DNA of 49,957 nucleotides from a virus. Lineage: Duplodnaviria > Caudoviricetes. The position numbers and the translations under genes are program-made. The stretch's first letter is position 1; every line of letters starts with the position of its first letter. Location of the stretch: the IMG/VR virus record IMGVR_UViG_3300008255_000170, positions 1 through 49,957 of that record. The stretch is one strand, 5' to 3'. This document shows, piece after piece, positions 29,546 through 38,725 of this stretch. The notes under the pieces are model-generated. The model was not told where the DNA came from and searched no databases. It saw only the letters and a program-made list of their open reading frames with translations.

Positions 29546-31558
29546 ATGCTAAAAGGTAGTGAGATTTCACTTAACAATAAAAAAGCATTCGCTGATTATT
29601 GTGAGCAGTTGTATTTGGATAAGGCAGAACTAAGCAAGAAGCAGATAACGGACCGCTTAGGCGCTAAGTGTCGCCGGGAACTTAAATCGCTGGGGATCAA
29701 TATGGACAAGGTTGTTATTGATAACCTTAGTGCCTGGCAATTTGAGTTAGATGAAGATGGTGATGCAGGTATTCACACGGTATCTAAGATACTTGGTGAG
29801 TATCGTGATGCCATCAAAGCCATTGGACTAAAACACCATAATATCGAGGCTAATCTACAACGGGCCGTTAAGCACTTAGCTGAATATATCCCTACAATCG
29901 GCGACCAGTTAAAGCCAGATATGCCTTTAAGCACCTTACGTAGAAATCTAACTGTGCTGATTAAGAATGAGCGCCGCCCTGTCGTTAAGGCGTTTCTTAA
30001 AGACATTAAGATAGAACACCATGCATTTTATTTACTGCAGGATGCTTTTGAATGGTCTAGAACTGAGGCGACCAAACATGACAAGGCAAACCTAAAGGCT
30101 AAGGTCAGTAATCAAAAACGAGTTAACCCTGATGACATTATTAACGTGGCTAATGCCCTACTGACTGAAAATATTGCCGCTGGAATAGATGCCGACTATC
30201 AAGCCTTAGCTTGTGGGTTGGCACTGGCAACCGGGCGGCGCCGTTCTGAGATCATGAAAACGGCTCGCTTTGAAATTACCGATACCACACCAGAACATCA
30301 TGTGATGTTTTCAGGCCAGTTAAAGACTAAAGACCGCCGGATTTTTGATGATGTGGTCCCTTATGCTATCCCGACATTAGTTGACCCAAAATTGGCGGTT
30401 GAAGGCTTAAACCTGCTGAGGAAAATCCAAGTCGAACACTGCCACTCTGTTCGCTACGATGATGCCCGTGGCAATCCGGTAGTGCTGTTAGATAAGCATG
30501 GTGAGCCAGTGATGGCCCCTAATAAAGATGGCGAGCTAGAGCCCGTTTTAGATATACCAGTGTTAAGCAAACCAATATCAGATATTTACCATAACGAGGC
30601 AGTGGCAGTTAATTACTCGCAGCAGCTTAATACCCGCTTTAGGCAGATTTTCCAAAATAGTGAACTCGAATTTAGGAATACCCGTGATATCTATGGCGCG
30701 GTAAGTTATCCGCTTTATAAACGTGATGGTGAAGGAGAAAGTGTCTATCGAACCCGTGTTTATGGCCATGCTGGCGAAAGCCAAAAGCACTATGAAAAAT
30801 TTGCATTAGACACCAGTATTCGTGGTATTTGCACTGAATTAAATGAGGACAGCCCGACTCAATACCACTCTGGTTTAGTTAAAGCGCTAAGTGAATTTGA
30901 TAACGAAATTAATGGATACTTACGATCTCCAAATCTTGCCATTATTCACCAATGGGTTAAAAACGAGTTAAAAAAAGGGCTTTCACCCGATGTAATAACC
31001 CCGACCTATATTCGGCGCCATTGCATGGTCAACGGTAAGATGCTCAATTTTAATACAGTAAAAGACTATTACGATTCTGATAAAGCAAAAGGGATAAGTG
31101 TTAATTTTCCAGCTTTGGTTGAAAAGTATGGTGATGTGATGGCCAATATCAACGCAGGAAGGCCAAAGCAGGAAGAACAAGAGCCGGAAGCAGTTAGAAG
31201 CACTAAACCAAAAATGAAGGCTGTGCGTGGCGATAATGGCTTTTGGCTGGTTGAAATCGATGATGATGTTGATGTGTTCAAGGTCGAAGATCTTAGTCTT
31301 AAAAATTATGCCCAAAGTGAGGCAATGAAAGAAGCATGGTTTAAGTACCAGGCGCAGATAGTTAACCCATGGCCTGAAGTCATGCCGGATCCTGAAATTA
31401 AAAAATTAGGGAATGGAAAGACTCAAGTAACGGTTAAAGTCGGTGATATCACTGTGGTCGACTTTGCAAATGGTGATAGCCGCAGTCAGTTAATGCGCTA
31501 TGCAAAACAGGCTTATGAGGCTAAACGCAATGAATACGCTATCAAAAAGGATGCGTGA
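29546..31558 (+). CDS. telN: Protelomerase (telomere resolvase)
   Basis: LALATGRRRSEI, FSGQLKTK, FRNTRDIY, YGH...SQKHY catalytic R-K-R-H-Y set; GAGGGG RBS before ATG 29546. Confidence 0.94.
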   Translation: MLKGSEISLNNKKAFADYCEQLYLDKAELSKKQITDRLGAKCRRELKSLGINMDKVVIDNLSAWQFELDEDGDAGIHTVSKILGEYRDAIKAIGLKHHNIEANLQRAVKHLAEYIPTIGDQLKPDMPLSTLRRNLTVLIKNERRPVVKAFLKDIKIEHHAFYLLQDAFEWSRTEATKHDKANLKAKVSNQKRVNPDDIINVANALLTENIAAGIDADYQALACGLALATGRRRSEIMKTARFEITDTTPEHHVMFSGQLKTKDRRIFDDVVPYAIPTLVDPKLAVEGLNLLRKIQVEHCHSVRYDDARGNPVVLLDKHGEPVMAPNKDGELEPVLDIPVLSKPISDIYHNEAVAVNYSQQLNTRFRQIFQNSELEFRNTRDIYGAVSYPLYKRDGEGESVYRTRVYGHAGESQKHYEKFALDTSIRGICTELNEDSPTQYHSGLVKALSEFDNEINGYLRSPNLAIIHQWVKNELKKGLSPDVITPTYIRRHCMVNGKMLNFNTVKDYYDSDKAKGISVNFPALVEKYGDVMANINAGRPKQEEQEPEAVRSTKPKMKAVRGDNGFWLVEIDDDVDVFKVEDLSLKNYAQSEAMKEAWFKYQAQIVNPWPEVMPDPEIKKLGNGKTQVTVKVGDITVVDFANGDSRSQLMRYAKQAYEAKRNEYAIKKDA

Positions 31559-31724
31559 TGAATGCTGTGGCACTTGCTGCGATAAGGTGGATATATCGCA
31601 GCAAATCGCGCAGCTTGAGCGCCAGCGCAATGCTATAGCCCGTGAAGCAATAGACAAATTATTGCAAGAATGTGGGCCAAATATGGTTTTATCAGTTTGG
31701 TTAGATAATGAATATCCAATCTAA
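31551..31724 (+). CDS. Small Cys-rich hypothetical protein coupled to telN
   Basis: 57 aa (MRDECCGTCCD...), start overlaps the telN stop and fills the gap to the convergent hairpin. Confidence 0.45.
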   Translation: MRDECCGTCCDKVDISQQIAQLERQRNAIAREAIDKLLQECGPNMVLSVWLDNEYPI

Positions 31725-31748
31725 TTAGTGGGGCGTTTCGCCCCACTC

Positions 31749-34700
31749 TTAAAAACTAAACTCTGCCAGTCGGTCATACTCTGCAGCGGCTGGTGGACAG
31801 TCGAACAAGTACAGATCCCTAATTGTTAGCGCCCAGTGCTGTAATCCTTCACTTGTTGAATTGATATCAATAATCCATTGTTCTTTATCGCTATTAATCA
31901 AATCCTTAACGTATTCAATTGGTAACTTGATGACATTAACAGCAAGGTCTATCACTTTGTCTAATAAGTTTGGCTGCTTAGCTGTATGGGTTAACCGCTC
32001 CTCTCCCTCAGTATCAAGCGAGGCGATTTGCGGTAATGCAGAATTAAATTGATGTGCAGCCAGTGTCACACCCTCACCAATCTGATGATTAATAACAGTT
32101 GGGTGGGGTGTGACAGTGCCGTTAACATTAACTGCTTCATTTTCTGATTCTTCATTGTTAGCCGCTAGATATTCTGCAATGCCCTCATTACGCAGTTGTA
32201 TGAGTGTTTGCACTTGCTGCCATTGTTCCTCGTCAACGCCATAGCAACGCATTACCTTGCCTTTAATCCTGCGCTGCCCTAGCGCTACAACAGGCACACC
32301 ACATGAGCGCAAATGATTGTTAAACCACTGCACAGGATCCGCTAAGGCTGAATCTGATATTTGGGTACCCGAGTATTTAAATAACGCCTCACGGTTTTTA
32401 TTCATCCACTGGGCTAGGCGCTCTTGCACTAGCTCTTTTGACCAAATCGTACCGTTGTAATACAGGCGCTCATTGATGCCAGCAGCCGCTAAAACCGTCA
32501 TTAAATGACGCTTGCGAATAGATTTATGTTCCCATTTGGCGCGGCTTAATGAGTTGGTAATATTTCGCTTGTCCAATTCCTTGGTATTATCCAGCGTCAT
32601 ACTCAACAGTGATAACTTGGCGATCTTGTTAGAGAAATGGTTTTTTTCTTGTAGAAATGCCACAGCATTGATCACAGCCGAAAGTGGATTATCTGGGATC
32701 GATAGAGGCGAATCTGCCTCAGGGTTTAAATGGTGGTTATCACCATTTTGGATAAACTCGTTATAGACATTGGTTGCCAGCGGTAGCAGTTTATTGAGTT
32801 GGCTTTCATTTGCTGCAGTCAGATTAAGTGATTTGCAAACACGGCTTTTGCTGTATTCAACCGGGCTAACATTCTCACTATTAGCGATCATCGCTTCATA
32901 ATCGGCGCCAGTATGTAGCTTGGCCTCGGCAATCTGCCTTAGTAGCTGTCGATCATTGCGGTGGCTGGCTTCAACCCGAGTGACTTTACCGAATGCTGTT
33001 GCTAATTCATTCTTAGCAATCTCGATCACTTCATAGCCATCTTCTCTGGCGAGTTGAATAAATCGGGCTCTATAGTTGTTTTTTGATAGGTTCTGCTGAG
33101 CACGAACCTTTGCATAAAGATGCTCATACAGGGCATCTGTACGAGCCCACGTACCCGTTTGCGGATCAATTTTTAGAATATTGGCGGTTTCTTGCGAAAC
33201 TTCTTCAATTAACTTTTGGTATATGTATTGCGGATCAGTTGGCTCTGTGCGCTCAGTCGGATCAACATAAACATGGTACTCACGGACCTCACGGGCGCGG
33301 TTAAGCCCTTGATGGCCTTCCTCAGAAGTGCCTACTCTTGAAGTTAAAAAACCGTAGGTGGCTGTAAATCTGTGGCCCTGTTTGGATTTATTATCGTATG
33401 GAACGATATCAAAGCCGGTGCCGAGTGTTGGTGATGCAATCAGCACATCAAGATTAGGTGCTGCAGCATTAATATTATTGATGGCTGAGATCACTGCAGC
33501 ATTATCTTTTACGCTTTCAGCGTGGATCTCTAATAGTTCACCATACCACTGGTCACGTTCATTGAGTTGCCTAACTGCAGTAGCTAGGTTCTTCACCTCT
33601 GCCTTGGAATTACAATAAACATACGCCTGTTGGCCACTGAGAATATTTTGAGTAAACGACTCGGTTAGATGGTTTTTATTCTCATAGACAAATAACTTAC
33701 GCCCTTTACCAACTTTATAGGTATTTTCAAAGAAAACGCCAGTATGTAGACCTAAGTCATCGCGGCAAAAATCTAGCGTTAATTGCCCTAGGTGGGCATC
33801 GGCGAGAATTTGAGTTTTACTGTGAGTGAGTAAAAACTGCAGCATGTGTAAGCAGTTTTCAGCATGGCGGTTAGTGTCGGCAAAAAAGTGACCTAGCCCC
33901 TGCTCAATCTCATCAAAAAATATGATATCGAACTGTGCGCCAGCAAGGCGCCATAGAGAATCAACAGAACATACAAGGCGCTTACTGGCCCTTAATGCTG
34001 CGTTGGTATCTATGCCCTCAGCACCGCCCTTAATAATCTGTTCCTCATAGTAGTGGAACTCGTTATCAATCGATGTGTTGTAAATATCGATTGATTGGCC
34101 GCCGTCCATCACAACTTTGTTAATGCCAGCGCGTAAGCCTTTAGCCAGTGATCGGCGGTGAGATATGACTAAAACGCTATCGTGGGGGTTGTCAGCAATA
34201 TAACGGATCACTGTTTGGGTTTTACCAGTACCCATGCCGCTTTTTAGCAGGTTCAGCCCCGTGCGGATTTTCGCGGATAAATAACGGGTTTCACTCTGGA
34301 TAGACTCAAAGCCACGGACAAAAAGCAACTGCTGTTTTAGTGCCTCTGCACCTTCTTGTAGCCAAACATCTGACCAATCGGCGCCAGAGGCTGCAGGTAG
34401 CGTCCAAGGGCCGCCATATTGTTTTATAACAGCATCACCCTGTTTATCGTTATCAGGAGCGGCAACAATTTGAATATGCGGAAGTTGCTCACGGATAAGT
34501 TGGATAACATGGGGAATATTCGATTCGCCAATAGGGGTAACTATGGTTTCCCCTGTGGATTTATGCGCTGAATAGGCATCGGCAAAACCACCAACCACAA
34601 AAATACGGCTAATGTTTTTGATACTGCCGAACGTAGCGAATCCTTGGTTAGTATAGGCATTGTCACTGGCAAACTTGTTGTGGCCTTTTTTATCGACTAG

Positions 34701-35285
34701 ACGCTCATAGCCCATAAACTCGCCAGTATTACCGACCTTAGACCATATTGGCCATGCCACAAAATGGTTGCCAAATTTATCGCGGCCTTGGCGTAGATCA
34801 ATAAACCGATTGGCATCGGCCATGTGTTTTTTTAGAAAGTATTTGCTTGGGCCTGAATAGGGCTGCATTAGCAAGAATTGGGCATGTTCACGAACAAGGG
34901 CAAGGCGTTTGGCTTTTTCGGCGGCAATGGCTTTTTGTTGCTGAGAAATCTTGGCTTGTTCAATGCGCTTGGCTCGCTCGGCGCGATCTTCATCTGAGTA
35001 TTGTTTTTTCTCAGGGATCCAACCTGCTTGCTTTAATTCATAAATAAAAGAGCCGAAAGATGTGCGTGATGCGCGTTCAAAGTTACGCCACCAGGTATTG
35101 AACTCAGCCGCCTTATAGCTGCCGCCCATTGACGACCACTGTTGAAAAGCGTCTTTTGCTGAACTGCCAAATTGTGAGAATAGTGCGCGGCCTATTTTAG
35201 ACCAGCGAGCGTATTCCATATCTGCATCTAGATGGTCTAACAGATCCGGTAGATCATCTAGTGTAATATCGGTTTCAAACGACAT
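31749..35285 (-). CDS. repA: Replication protein RepA: PriCT-2-like N-terminus, TOPRIM primase, SF2-type helicase
   Basis: YARWSKIG...FQQWS...W; APDND TOPRIM motif; SGMGTGKT, FFDEIEQ, SPTLGTGFDI, QGLNRAR; N15-like position (alternative start 35345). Confidence 0.88.
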   Translation of the reverse strand: MSFETDITLDDLPDLLDHLDADMEYARWSKIGRALFSQFGSSAKDAFQQWSSMGGSYKAAEFNTWWRNFERASRTSFGSFIYELKQAGWIPEKKQYSDEDRAERAKRIEQAKISQQQKAIAAEKAKRLALVREHAQFLLMQPYSGPSKYFLKKHMADANRFIDLRQGRDKFGNHFVAWPIWSKVGNTGEFMGYERLVDKKGHNKFASDNAYTNQGFATFGSIKNISRIFVVGGFADAYSAHKSTGETIVTPIGESNIPHVIQLIREQLPHIQIVAAPDNDKQGDAVIKQYGGPWTLPAASGADWSDVWLQEGAEALKQQLLFVRGFESIQSETRYLSAKIRTGLNLLKSGMGTGKTQTVIRYIADNPHDSVLVISHRRSLAKGLRAGINKVVMDGGQSIDIYNTSIDNEFHYYEEQIIKGGAEGIDTNAALRASKRLVCSVDSLWRLAGAQFDIIFFDEIEQGLGHFFADTNRHAENCLHMLQFLLTHSKTQILADAHLGQLTLDFCRDDLGLHTGVFFENTYKVGKGRKLFVYENKNHLTESFTQNILSGQQAYVYCNSKAEVKNLATAVRQLNERDQWYGELLEIHAESVKDNAAVISAINNINAAAPNLDVLIASPTLGTGFDIVPYDNKSKQGHRFTATYGFLTSRVGTSEEGHQGLNRAREVREYHVYVDPTERTEPTDPQYIYQKLIEEVSQETANILKIDPQTGTWARTDALYEHLYAKVRAQQNLSKNNYRARFIQLAREDGYEVIEIAKNELATAFGKVTRVEASHRNDRQLLRQIAEAKLHTGADYEAMIANSENVSPVEYSKSRVCKSLNLTAANESQLNKLLPLATNVYNEFIQNGDNHHLNPEADSPLSIPDNPLSAVINAVAFLQEKNHFSNKIAKLSLLSMTLDNTKELDKRNITNSLSRAKWEHKSIRKRHLMTVLAAAGINERLYYNGTIWSKELVQERLAQWMNKNREALFKYSGTQISDSALADPVQWFNNHLRSCGVPVVALGQRRIKGKVMRCYGVDEEQWQQVQTLIQLRNEGIAEYLAANNEESENEAVNVNGTVTPHPTVINHQIGEGVTLAAHQFNSALPQIASLDTEGEERLTHTAKQPNLLDKVIDLAVNVIKLPIEYVKDLINSDKEQWIIDINSTSEGLQHWALTIRDLYLFDCPPAAAEYDRLAEFSF

Positions 35286-35574
35286 AACGCGTCCTTTACT
35301 ATCAAATTTGATGTAAAAGATCCCTGTTATTGCAAAACGCCCCATTTTGTAAAATGTTGCGCCCCACTTGTTATGACGCTATAATTACCCCCGGATGGTA
35401 TTGTTTCTTTGTTTGTTTGGGATAACTAAAACGCTGGGATCAATACTGAAAAAAAACTGGGCCGCCACAGCCTGGTTTTTTTTCGTTTATATGGTTAAAT
35501 TTACTTAACCAATTCAGTAAAGCAATATTACACCTAAAGGCTTAACTGATCCAACCCGATCTTTGATCATCTGC

Positions 35575-36249
35575 TTACTTTCCCTTCTCTACTTTCACTG
35601 GTGATGGTTTCAACTTAGAGGTTGATACCTTAGCAATAACCGGATGATAGTAATCTAACTCACTGAATAAGTATGACTTTACAGTATCATCACTGTAAGA
35701 CTTGATATTTATCTCAATCGGTTTTTCAAATAAAAATTGTACCAAAATAGGCGTATCTTCTGACTTAATCTTGATTAACAGATCATCACCAGGCGTTCTA
35801 TCTGCCTCGGGATCCAAAATAATCACATCTGGTTGTTTTAAATGCCCCATAGCGATATCAACTATCAGCGCATAAGCTGACAGCGAGTTATTTACCGCCA
35901 GTTCTACAACTTGATCACTATAGCCAAGTAATGGGCAGCCTAAATCGAACCATGCCATTTTCGGGCCTGATGAAAGCCGCCCTATGACTGGGGTATAGGT
36001 CGCAATGTTATGTTTCGCTCGTTTGCTTTTTATACCCGTCGCAAACTCCACAACGTCCATATCCAAGAAAAGCGCAATTTGCACTCCCTTTAGAAAATCA
36101 ATGGATTTGTTGTGATTACTTTCAAGTAAAGACAGGTTGGCTCGCGTCATATTGACGGAATCGGCAACCACGGATGGCTTTAGCCCAATCTGCAAGCGCC
36201 GGGCTTTTAAACGTTCACCTAGCGTTAGCTTTGAAGCATCATTCAGCAT
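35575..36249 (-). CDS. Prophage repressor (CB/CI-like): HTH plus degenerate S24-like domain
   Basis: TLGERLKARR...VADSVNMTRANLSLLES; divergent from cro and upstream of repA as in N15. Confidence 0.85.
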   Translation of the reverse strand: MLNDASKLTLGERLKARRLQIGLKPSVVADSVNMTRANLSLLESNHNKSIDFLKGVQIALFLDMDVVEFATGIKSKRAKHNIATYTPVIGRLSSGPKMAWFDLGCPLLGYSDQVVELAVNNSLSAYALIVDIAMGHLKQPDVIILDPEADRTPGDDLLIKIKSEDTPILVQFLFEKPIEINIKSYSDDTVKSYLFSELDYYHPVIAKVSTSKLKPSPVKVEKGK

Positions 36250-36266
36250 TTTACAGTTCCAAGTAG

Positions 36267-36282
36267 CTGTATATATTCACAG
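36267..36282. promoter_or_regulatory. LexA (SOS) box
   Basis: CTGTATATATTCACAG fits CTGT-N8-ACAG with an AT-rich core. Confidence 0.65.
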
Positions 36283-36360
36283 TGTTTAAATCTGCAGTTT
36301 CTTTGCCTGCTATTGTGTTCAATATAGCAAATTATTCTGTTAAGCATAGACACAAAAAAT

Positions 36361-36416
36361 TTGCTTAACAAAAAAGGTTAGTATAAATTAAGTATACTTA
36401 ATTAATAATACTTAAC
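36361..36416 (+). promoter_or_regulatory. Probable pR promoter and repressor operators
   Basis: TTGCTT-17-TAAATT; palindrome ATTAAGTATACTTAAT (36387-36402) and ATTAATAATACTTAAC (36401-36416); related GGTTAAATTTACTTAACC at 35493-35510 upstream of repA. Confidence 0.55.
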
Positions 36417-36421
36417 TCCTA

Positions 36422-37102
36422 ATGAAGAAAGCTGAAGTGTTAAAGGTTTTTGCTGCCACTGATATTGCCAAAATGTTCAATATCAGCCGTGCTGCAGTGA
36501 GTTTATGGGGCGATATTGTTCCTAGCACCTATTGGGAAGCGTTGGCACAAGCGAGTAAAGGAGAGTTGAAAATGCCTACACCAAGCGAATATTTACGCTC
36601 ACTGATTAGAGAATCTTTGACTAATGAAGGTTTTATTCGTGGCTCGCTTGAAGAAACCAGCAAAAGTAGTGTGCCTGGTTCAAGTTGTTTGATCACTGAT
36701 AAACATTTTCAGTTGCGTGATTTTAGGGTGGTATTAAATAGCTTACCGCCACATTTACTAATGTGGGTTAAATATTGCTATGGGCAAAACAACTCAATAG
36801 ATGATGCGATCCCCTGCACTCAGCTTGTATTAGAAAATTTTTTAGCCGCACACCCTACGCTTTCAGATAGCAGTATACCGGTTATCAAGATCCTAACCCC
36901 ATTAGCTGGGCAATGCATTATTGCCCAAATTACAACGGGTAAAGCTCTCTTTAACGGTCCAGCTATTAGAACTGTTACCCGCCATAGTGAAGCCACTTGG
37001 AAAAAGCATTGGGCCGCACGTTGGCGTGAGCTGCGTTCGCTATGGATGGCATTAGATTGTGATGCACTTGAGTTTATCGATAAACACTATGAAGAAAAGT
37101 AA
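36422..37102 (+). CDS. Cro-like HTH fused in frame to late antiterminator Q (phage 82/N15 Q type)
   Basis: aa 1-50 Cro-like (KKAEVLKVF...ISRAAVSLWGDIVP); remainder Q-like (LNSLPPH...WVKYCY...WKKHWAARW...LDCDAL). Confidence 0.72.
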   Translation: MKKAEVLKVFAATDIAKMFNISRAAVSLWGDIVPSTYWEALAQASKGELKMPTPSEYLRSLIRESLTNEGFIRGSLEETSKSSVPGSSCLITDKHFQLRDFRVVLNSLPPHLLMWVKYCYGQNNSIDDAIPCTQLVLENFLAAHPTLSDSSIPVIKILTPLAGQCIIAQITTGKALFNGPAIRTVTRHSEATWKKHWAARWRELRSLWMALDCDALEFIDKHYEEK

Positions 37103-37484
37103 CTCTATTAGCTGCCAGTGTGGCGGCTTGCCAATCAGCATATTTCTAGGCGGGTACTTTTATTGTGTTTGCCGCGGTTGTTTTAAGTCGACTAGCAAAC
37201 TTAGCCGCCTCAGTGAAGCTAAAGCTAAATGGGCAAAAGCAGCCAGTGATGGGAAGTTAGTTAAGGTTAAAACCTTTGATAACAAAGTTAAAGCACTGTT
37301 TATGTGGGCTGCTAAGTGGAATAAGACGACTAATAGCAAAGTGTTCTTTAATGGCAAACGCTGTCCTGAACTGCGTGGAAGTTATATCCAAGAGTCAGAT
37401 TGTTTTCACATTATAGATGGCTCTTTATTTTTATCACTAAAGCAATTACCGGGCGGTTTTGCACCATTAAGGGAATGTCAGTAA
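37089..37484 (+). CDS. Zinc-finger protein, Lar-like N-terminus
   Basis: CQCGG...YCVCRGC...EAKAKW pattern. Confidence 0.5.
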   Translation: MKKSNSISCQCGGLPISIFLGGYFYCVCRGCFKSTSKLSRLSEAKAKWAKAASDGKLVKVKTFDNKVKALFMWAAKWNKTTNSKVFFNGKRCPELRGSYIQESDCFHIIDGSLFLSLKQLPGGFAPLRECQ

Positions 37485-37894
37485 TGAAATATTTACAAAT
37501 GGTAAATGGAAAGCCCACAGAGGTTATCGCCGCCTCAGGTAATTTTGAAGCGCTGTATTTAAGACGCCCGTCAAAAGGGCATGTATTTTCAAACTTCTCG
37601 GCAAAGCTAGGTGTGTTAATGGGCTCTATCCGAGGCAAAAGAGTTGTTATCACGGAGGTTATCCCATGCAAACAAGTAAGTTATCAGGATGCAAAGAATC
37701 TACTCAGTTTTGTGAACGGCCATTTATGGATATCACCGATAGCTACTCAGACAGACTCGGAAATATCGCCATGCTGCGCCGTGGAAAACCAATTATCCAA
37801 GAGCGCAAGCCTGTACTCATCATCCCTGAGATTAACGTCACATCGCAACCTACAGAGAAGAAAAAACGAAAGTGTAACTTTAACCGTGGGATAG
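37484..37894 (+). CDS. Hypothetical protein
   Basis: ATG coupled to the upstream stop (TAATG); 3' part overlaps the next ORF. Confidence 0.4.
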   Translation: MKYLQMVNGKPTEVIAASGNFEALYLRRPSKGHVFSNFSAKLGVLMGSIRGKRVVITEVIPCKQVSYQDAKNLLSFVNGHLWISPIATQTDSEISPCCAVENQLSKSASLYSSSLRLTSHRNLQRRKNESVTLTVG

Positions 37895-38124
37895 ATGCTG
37901 CTAATAGCCTAGTTCCTCGGGTTAAGAAGCAATTTAAAACGATTGATTACGCATTAGCATTCGCTATCTGTTTAGACATACATCACAAAGTTGATTTGTA
38001 TACAGTGTCTAAAAGGCATGGGATAGGCTACTCAACGGTAAAACGTATCAATAACCAAGGCACAAAGTTAGCGATACGCTGCTTTGCTGAAATAGAAAAT
38101 GGGGCGAAACGCCCCACTGTATAA
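37726..38124 (+). CDS. Hypothetical basic protein with possible C-terminal HTH
   Basis: LYTVSKRHGIGYSTVKRI; start uncertain. Confidence 0.45.
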   Translation: MDITDSYSDRLGNIAMLRRGKPIIQERKPVLIIPEINVTSQPTEKKKRKCNFNRGIDAANSLVPRVKKQFKTIDYALAFAICLDIHHKVDLYTVSKRHGIGYSTVKRINNQGTKLAIRCFAEIENGAKRPTV

Positions 38125-38135
38125 GGAAGATAACT

Positions 38136-38447
38136 ATGCAATGGAACTGTTTAGGATTATTTGCCTCGGCCTGTGTGTTCTACGGGATCTGTGGCGGTAA
38201 TGTTGCCACTTGGTTGATGATTGGCATTGCTTCTGGCTTATCGATTGTAATGATGGTTTATCAATTAGTGATTGGTAAGCATGAATTTAACCTGTGGTCA
38301 TTACTTTGCTTTTTAATGTATTTGCCATTTTGCACTTACTTATTATTTGTAGTCGGGTTTATCTTGCTGGCATTGGTAATAGCTGTATTGGCCATAATGC
38401 TGGCCATCCCCCACTTATTGGAAAATCCCTATGAAGTGGCTAAGTAA
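38136..38447 (+). CDS. Small membrane protein
   Basis: AAGGAAG RBS; highly hydrophobic 103 aa. Confidence 0.6.
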   Translation: MQWNCLGLFASACVFYGICGGNVATWLMIGIASGLSIVMMVYQLVIGKHEFNLWSLLCFLMYLPFCTYLLFVVGFILLALVIAVLAIMLAIPHLLENPYEVAK

Positions 38448-38483
38448 AATATTTTGTCGTTGAAAAATAACTTTTGAGGAACT

Positions 38484-38723
38484 GTGAAAATGGTCGAGTT
38501 AAAACAAGCAAATAATGTGGATTTGCTAACCATTTTAAAAGATGGGTTTAACACCATGGAAAAAGAAGGGGCCGATTGTTTTGAATACATTATCGGCGAA
38601 GTAAAAGGTGGAAAACTAAAAATAGTATTTGAGCCTGATGATATGCCTGTTTGTAGCGATACAGTCGTTATTGATGGTGTAGATGGCTTTGGTTACACAT
38701 TAGTTTATGAAGATGAGGCTTAA
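38484..38723 (+). CDS. Hypothetical acidic protein
   Basis: GAGGA RBS; 79 aa. Confidence 0.6.
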   Translation: MKMVELKQANNVDLLTILKDGFNTMEKEGADCFEYIIGEVKGGKLKIVFEPDDMPVCSDTVVIDGVDGFGYTLVYEDEA

Positions 38724-38725
38724 CT

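Noticed and set aside
29546-31558. Integrase with att site
   Set aside because: Motifs and the adjacent palindrome fit a protelomerase; no host flanks are present
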